Origin: Eledone cirrhosa
Taxonomy: Eukaryota
Assembly: GCA_964016885.1 (NCBI GenBank)
Contig: OZ024747.1
Coordinates: 73,904,001 to 73,968,000 of the forward strand
Reading direction: 5' to 3'
Length of the DNA: 64,000 nt
Of the stretch, positions 56,601 through 64,000 are shown in pieces. Below the pieces are notes generated by a model. That model was given only the letters and a program-made list of their open reading frames with translations. It did not search any database and was not told the origin of the DNA. The number at the start of each line of letters is the position of its first letter. The first letter of the stretch is position 1. A program made the translations under genes and the position numbers.

Positions 56601-59600
56601 AGAGCCTATATGTAAGCATCTATTGCTGTTGCCATGTAGGGAGCCTATATGTAAGGATCTATTGCTGTTGTCATGTACAGAGCCTATATGTAAGGATCTA
56701 TTGATGTGGTCATATACAGAGCCTATATGTAAGGATCTATTGATGTGGTCATGTACAGAGCCTATATGTAAGGATCTATTGCTGTGGTCATGTACAGAGC
56801 CTATATGTAAGGATCTATTGCTGTTGCCATGTAGAGAGCCTATATGTAAGGATCTATTGCTGTTGTCAAGTTCAGAGCCTATATGTAAGGATCTATTGAT
56901 GTGGTCATATACAGAACCTATATGTAAGGATCTATTGCTGTTGTCATGTACAGAGCCTATATGTAAGGATCTATTGATGTGGTCATGTACAGAGCCTATA
57001 TGTAAGGATCTATTGATGTGGTCATGTACAGAGCCTATATGTAAGGATCTATTGCTGTGGTCATGTACAGAGCCTATATGTAAGGATCTATTGATGTGGT
57101 CATGTACAGAGCCTATATGTAAGGATCTATTGCTGTTGTTTATGTACAGAGACTATATGTAAGGATCTATTTATGTGGTCATGTACAGAGCCTATATGTA
57201 AGGATCTATTGATGTGGTCATGTACAGAGCCTATATGTAAGGATCTATTGCTCTTGTCATGTTCAGAGCCTATATGTAAGCATCTATTGCTGTTGTCATG
57301 TACAGAGCCTATATGTAAGGCTCTATTGATGTGGTCATGTACAGAGCCTATATGTAAGGATCTATTGCTCTTGTCATGTTCAGAGCCTATATGTAAGCAT
57401 CTATTGCTGTTGTCATGTACAGAGCCTATATGTAAGGATCTATTGATGTGGTCATGTACAGAGCCTATATGTAAGGATCTATTGATGTGGTCATGTACAG
57501 AGCCTATATGTAAGGATCTATTGCTGTTGTCATGTTCAGAGCCTATATGTAAGCATCTATTGCTGTTGTCATGTACAGAGCCTATATGTAAGGATCTATT
57601 GATGTGGTCATGTACAGAGCCTATATGTAAGGATCTATTGATGTGGTCATGTACAGAGCCTATATGTAAGGATCTATTGCTGTTGTCATGTACAGAGACT
57701 ATATGTAAGGATCTATTTATGTGGTCATGTACAGAGCCTATATGTAAGGATCTATTGCTGTTGCCATGTAGAGAGCCTATATGTAAGGATCTATTGCTGT
57801 GGTCATGTACGGAGCCTATATGTAAGGATCTATTGCTGTTGCCATGTACAGAGCCTATATGTAAGGATCTATTGCTCTTGTCATGTACAGAGCCTATATG
57901 TAAGGATCTATTGCTGTTGCCATGTACAGAGCCTATATGTAAGGATCTATTGCTCTTGTCATGTACAGAGCCTATATGTAAGGATCTATTGATGTGGTCA
58001 TGTACAGAGCCTATATGTAAGGATCTATTGCTCTTGTCATGTACAGAGCCTATATGTAAGGATCTATTGCTCTTGTCATGTACAGAGCCTATATGTAAGG
58101 ATCTATTGCTCTTGTCATGTACAGAGCCTATATGTAAGGATCTATTGCTGTTGCCATGTACAGAGCCTATATGTAAGGATCTATTGCTCTTGTCATGTAC
58201 AGAGCCTATATGTAAGGATCTATTGCTCTTGTCATGTACAGAGCCTATATGTAAGGATCTATTGATGTGGTCATGTACAGAGCCTATATGTAAGGATCTA
58301 TTGCTCTTGTCATGTTCAGAGCCTATATGTAAGCATCTATTGCTGTTGTCATGTACAGAGCCTATATGTAAGGCTCTATTGATGTGGTCATGTACAGAGC
58401 CTATATGTAAGGATCTATTGCTCTTGTCATGTTCAGAGACTATATGTAAGCATCTATTGCTGTTGTTATGTACAGAGACTATATGTAAGGATCTATTGAT
58501 GTGGTCATGTACAGAGCCTATATGTAAGGATCTATTGCTCTTGTCATGTTCAGAGCCTATATGTAAGGATCTATTGCTGTGGTCATGTACAGGGCCTATA
58601 TGTAAGGATCTATTGCTGTTGTCATGTACAGAGCCTATATGTAAGGATCTATTGATGTGGTCATGTACAGAGCCTATATGTAAGGATCTATTGCTGTTGT
58701 CATGTACAGAGCCTATATGTAAGGATCTATTGCTGTGGTCATGTACAGAGCCTATATGTAAGGATCTATTGCTGTTGCCATGTAGCGAGCCTATATGTAA
58801 GGATCTATTGCTGTTGTCATGTACAGAGCCTATATGTAAGGATCTATTGATGTGGTCATATACAGAGCCTATATGTAAGGATCTATTGATGTGGTCATGT
58901 ACAGAGCCTATATGTAAGGATCTATTGATGTGGTCATGTACAGAGCCTATATGTAAGCATCTATTGCTGTTGCCATGTAGGGAGCCTATATGTAAGGATC
59001 TATTGCTGTTGTCATGTACAGAGCCTATATGTAAGGATCTATTGATGTGGTCATATACAGAGCCTATATGTAAGGATCTATTGATGTGGTCATGTACAGA
59101 GCCTATATGTAAGGATCTATTGCTGTGGTCATGTACAGAGCCTATATGTAAGGATCTATTGCTGTTGCCATGTAGAGAGCCTATATGTAAGGATCTATTG
59201 CTGTTGTCAAGTTCAGAGCCTATATGTAAGGATCTATTGATGTGGTCATATACAGAACCTATATGTAAGGATCTATTGCTGTTGTCATGTACAGAGCCTA
59301 TATGTAAGGATCTATTGATGTGGTCATGTACAGAGCCTATATGTAAGGATCTATTGATGTGGTCATGTACAGAGCCTATATGTAAGGATCTATTGCTGTG
59401 GTCATGTACAGAGCCTATATGTAAGGATCTATTGATGTGGTCATGTACAGAGCCTATATGTAAGGATCTATTGCTGTTGTTTATGTACAGAGACTATATG
59501 TAAGGATCTATTTATGTGGTCATGTACAGAGCCTATATGTAAGGATCTATTGATGTGGTCATGTACAGAGCCTATATGTAAGGATCTATTGCTCTTGTCA

Positions 59601-62600
59601 TGTTCAGAGCCTATATGTAAGCATCTATTGCTGTTGTCATGTACAGAGCCTATATGTAAGGCTCTATTGATGTGGTCATGTACAGAGCCTATATGTAAGG
59701 ATCTATTGCTCTTGTCATGTTCAGAGCCTATATGTAAGCATCTATTGCTGTTGTCATGTACAGAGCCTATATGTAAGGATCTATTGATGTGGTCATGTAC
59801 AGAGCCTATATGTAAGGATCTATTGATGTGGTCATGTACAGAGCCTATATGTAAGGATCTATTGCTGTTGTCATGTACAGAGACTATATGTAAGGATCTA
59901 TTTATATGGTCATGTACAGAGCCTATATGTAAGGATCTATTGCTGTTGCCATGTAGAGAGCCTATATGTAAGGATCTATTGCTGTTGTCATGTACAGAGC
60001 CTATATGTAAGGATCTATTGCTGTTGCCATGTAGAGAGCCTATATGTAAGGATCTATTGATGTGGTCATGTACAGAGCCTATATGTAAGGATCTATTGAT
60101 GTGGTCATGTACAGAGCCTATATGTAAGGATCTATTGCTCTTGTCATGTACAGAGCCTATATGTAAGGATCTATTGCTGTTGTCATGTACAGAGCCTATA
60201 TGTAAGGATCTATTGCTCTTGTCATGTACAGAGCCTATATGTAAGGATCTATTGATGTGGTCATGTACAGAGCCTATATGTAAGGATCTATTGCTCTTGT
60301 CATGTACAGAGCCTATATGTAAGGATCTATTGCTCTTGTCATGTGCAGAGCCTATATGTAAGGATCTATTGCTCTTGTCATATACAGAGCTTATATGTAA
60401 GGATCTATTGATGTGGTCATGTACAGAGCCTATATGTAAGGATCTATTGCTGTTGCCATGTACAGAGCCTATATGTAAGGATCTATTGATGTGGTCATGT
60501 ACAGAGCCTATATGTAAGCATCTATTGCCGTTGCCATGTAGAGAGCCTATATGTAAGGATCTATTGCTGTTGTCATGTACAGAGCCTATATGTAAGGATC
60601 TATTGATGTGGTCATATACAGAGCCTATATGTAAGGATCTATTGATGTGGTCATGTACAGAGCCTATATGTAAGGATCTATTGCTGTGGTCATGTACAGA
60701 GCCTATATGTAAGGATCTATTGCTGTTGCCATGTAGAGAGCCTATATGTAAGGATCTATTGCTGTTGTCATGTTCAGAGCCTATATGTAAGGATCTATTG
60801 ATGTGGTCATATACAGAACCTATATGTAAGGATCTATTGCTGTTGTCATGTACAGAGCCTATATGTAAGGATCTATTGATGTGGTCATGTACAGAGCCTA
60901 TATGTAAGGATCTATTGATGTGGTCATGTACAGAGCCTATATGTAAGGATCTATTGCTGTGGTCATGTACAGAGCCTATATGTAAGGATCTATTGATGTG
61001 GTCATGTACAGAGCCTATATGTAAGGATCTATTGCTGTTGTTTATGTACAGAGACTATATGTAAGGATCTATTTATGTGGTCATGTACAGAGCCTATATG
61101 TAAGGATCTATTGCTGTGGTCATGTACAGAGCCTATATGTAAGGTTCTATTGCTGTTGCCATGTAGAGAGCCTATATGTAAGGATCTATTGCTGTTGTCA
61201 TGTACAGAGCCTAAATGTAAGGATCTATTGATGTGGTCATATACAGAGCCTATATGTAAGGATCTATTGCTGGTGTCATGTACAGAGCCTATATGTAAGG
61301 ATCTATTGATGTGGTCATGTACAGAGCCTATATGTAAGGATCTATTGATGTGGTCATGTACAGAGCCTATATGTAAGGATCTATTGCTGTTGTCATGTAC
61401 AGAGACTATATGTAAGGATCTATTTATGTGGTCATGTACAGAGCCTATATGTAAGGATCTATTGCTGTTGCCATGTAGAGAGCCTATATGTAAGGATCTA
61501 TTGCTGTTGTCATGTACAGAGCCTATATGTAAGGATCTATTGCTGTTGCCATTTAGAGAGCCTATATGTAAGGATCTATTGATGTGGTCATGTACAGAGC
61601 CTATATGTAAGGATCTATTGATGTGGTCATGTACAGAGCCTATATGTAAGGATCTATTGCTCTTGTCATGTACAGAGCCTATATGTAAGGATCTATTGCT
61701 GTTGTCATGTACAGAGCCTATATGTAAGGATCTATTGCTCTTGTCATGTACAGAGCCTATATGTAAGGATCTATTGATGTGGTCATGTACAGAGCCTATA
61801 TGTAAGGATCTATTGCTCTTGTCATGTACAGAGCCTATATGTAAGGATCTATTGCTCTTGTCATGTACAGAGCCTATATGTAAGGATCTATTGCTCTTGT
61901 CATATACAGAGCTTATATGTAAGGATCTATTGATGTGGTCATGTACAGAGCCTATATGTAAGGATCTATTGCTGTTGCCATGTACAGAGCCTATATGTAA
62001 GGATCTATTGATATGGTCATGTACAGAGCCTATATGTAAGGATCTATTGCTCTTGTCATGTACAGAGCCTATATGTAAGCATCTATTGCTGTTGTCATGT
62101 ACAGAGCCTATATGTAAGGATCTATTGATGTGGTCATGTACAGAGCCTATATGTATGCATTTATTGCTGTTGTCATGTACAGAGCCTATATGTAAGGATC
62201 TATTGCTGTTGTCATGTACAGAGCCTATATGTAAGGATCTATTGCTGTGGTCATGTACAGAGCCTATATGTAAGGATCTATTGCTCTTGTCATGTACAGA
62301 GCCTATATGTAAGGATCTATTGATGTGGTCATGTACAGAGACTATATGTAAGGATCTATTGATGTGGTCATGTACAGAGCCTATATGTAGGGATCTATTG
62401 CTGTTGTCATGTACAGAGCCTATATGTAAGGATCTATTGATGTGGTCATGTACAGAGACTAAATGTAAGGATCTATTGCTGTGGTCATGTACAGAGCCTA
62501 TATGTAAGGATCTATTTCTGTGGTCATGTACAGAGCCTATATGTAAGGATCTATTGATTTTGTCATGTACAGAGTCTATATGTAAGGATCTATTGATGTG

Positions 62601-62823
62601 GTCATGTACAGAGCCTATATGTAAGGATCTATTGCTGTTGTCATGTACAGAGTCTATATGTAAGGATCTATTGATGTTGTCATGCACAGAGCCTATATGT
62701 AAGGATCTATTGATGTGATCATGTACAGTGCCTATATGTAAGGATCTATTGATGTGGTCATGTGCAGAGCCTATATGTAAGGATCTATTGATGTGGTCAT
62801 GTAGAGAGTCTATATGTAAGGAT
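35682..62823. repeat. 27.1-kb tandem array of a 39-bp unit (GATCTATTG[C/A]TGT[T/G]G[T/C]CATGTACAGAGCCTATATGTAAG), ~696 copies, with higher-order structure
   Basis: Read directly. Rare variants recur at exact multiples of 39 bp. Sharp boundaries on both sides. Confidence 0.99.
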
Positions 62824-63028
62824 AGTCTAATCCCAAAGCAAGGAAGGCCCCATTGAAGATTTAATGAAAAAATATAAGTGTGGAAAATGCGCTCAACTGA
62901 TTGTTAAAAATTATAATTGACAACGAGCTTCTAGAGAGAAATAGGACGAAAACTGAAGATCTTATCTGAATTTATTTCCGTATACATACATATGCATGTA
63001 GTCTCGGGAATAGGCTTCCTCACTGAAA

Positions 63029-63215
63029 ATAATTGTTTCTACTTTTTTGGTACAAGGCCAGCAATCAACCAGTGCATTACTGGTACTTTGTTTCATCGAC
63101 CCCGTAAGGACGAAAGGCAAAGTTAACCTCGGTGGGATTTGAACTCAGAATAGCAAGGGCCGTAACTCTATGCATCAAAGCATGGTGTCCGACCCTCTAC
63201 CGGTACTGCCAATCA
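63029..63215 (-). mobile_element. Family D SINE
   Basis: Homology to 10563-10754. Confidence 0.85.
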
Positions 63216-63766
63216 ACATTATTCGGGCAAGAGTTCACATTTCAGCATCATTCCTTCATAGTGAACTTTTCAGCCGATCCTACTATATTATACACTGATT
63301 CTACAATGCTAATAAAACACTTTTCTATTATTTACTTCTTCCTTTAACATTATTTCGTAACGATAAAATCTATTATTTTATATCAAACTTTTCTGTCGCC
63401 GAACAACAACTTGTTGGTCACTGACCTTATTATTCAATATCTGTTAAAACCAATTACTGGCAATCTCTCATAGTGTACTGATTAACAGAATTGTCGATTA
63501 ATGATTTTTTTCATCTTTGTTTTCTGTTTCTTTATGTCTATTTCCATCTCATTCTTGTCCGACTGTTTTTTTCCCATGTTCATGTCTTTTATTTTCAAAG
63601 TGAACTTTCATGCCAACAAATACTTTCGTCCTACTCCCAGTCTTATTTCACGCCTTATTCAGAAGCTGCTGTGCTGGTAGTGCTGGGCGGGGTCGATATA
63701 ATATATGGATTTGTCATGTATTGAACACCTTTTTTTCATGTTTTCTTGTTGTTTTTTTTCTTTTAG

Positions 63767-63832
63767 AAAAGGGACGTAACTGTGCTGCAAAGAATGCCGT
63801 CCGACCCTCTACCAATACTGCCAATCCACCGC
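63767..63832 (-). mobile_element. Family D SINE, 5' head only
   Basis: AAAGGGACGTAACT...CCGACCCTCTACCAATACTGCCAATCCACCGC. Confidence 0.75.
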
Positions 63833-63855
63833 GCATGATATATATAGTAATAATA

Positions 63856-63927
<72 letters not shown>

Positions 63928-64000
63928 ATATATATATATATATACCATAAATCATGTCCTTAGAATTATTAGATAAAATATATACATTTCCTCTACTAAT

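Noticed and set aside
61029-62687. 552-aa His-rich minus-strand ORF (LHIGSVHDNSNRS)n
   Set aside because: It is the antisense frame of the same 39-bp repeat, with a non-ATG start, and is interrupted elsewhere by recurrent stops and frameshifts.
35682-62823. CRISPR-like interpretation of the array
   Set aside because: The units are contiguous with no unique spacers, there are no cas genes, and the context is eukaryotic.

Overview
This is AT-rich, microsatellite-dense animal non-coding DNA. The (TA)n/(CA)n/(GA)n load and the SINE families suggest a coleoid cephalopod such as Octopus (inference only). I can support no intact host protein-coding gene. The right 42% is one ~27.1 kb tandem array of a 39-bp unit (~696 copies, 35682-62823) with nested higher-order duplications; this array produces the giant Cys-rich 'ORFs' in the track. 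The left 35 kb is a patchwork of mobile elements: many copies of a tRNA-derived SINE, an internally deleted mariner with an in-frame DNA-binding ORF, a short Helitron, two RTE-LINE derivatives and a 28/29-bp minisatellite. The most interesting signal is a set of short fold-back (palindromic) elements inserted in (TA)n tracts. Two carry intact minimal hammerhead-ribozyme motifs on both strands, and several families share a GAGTRCT motif near the 3' end. They look like non-autonomous, microsatellite-targeting Penelope-like retroelement termini.
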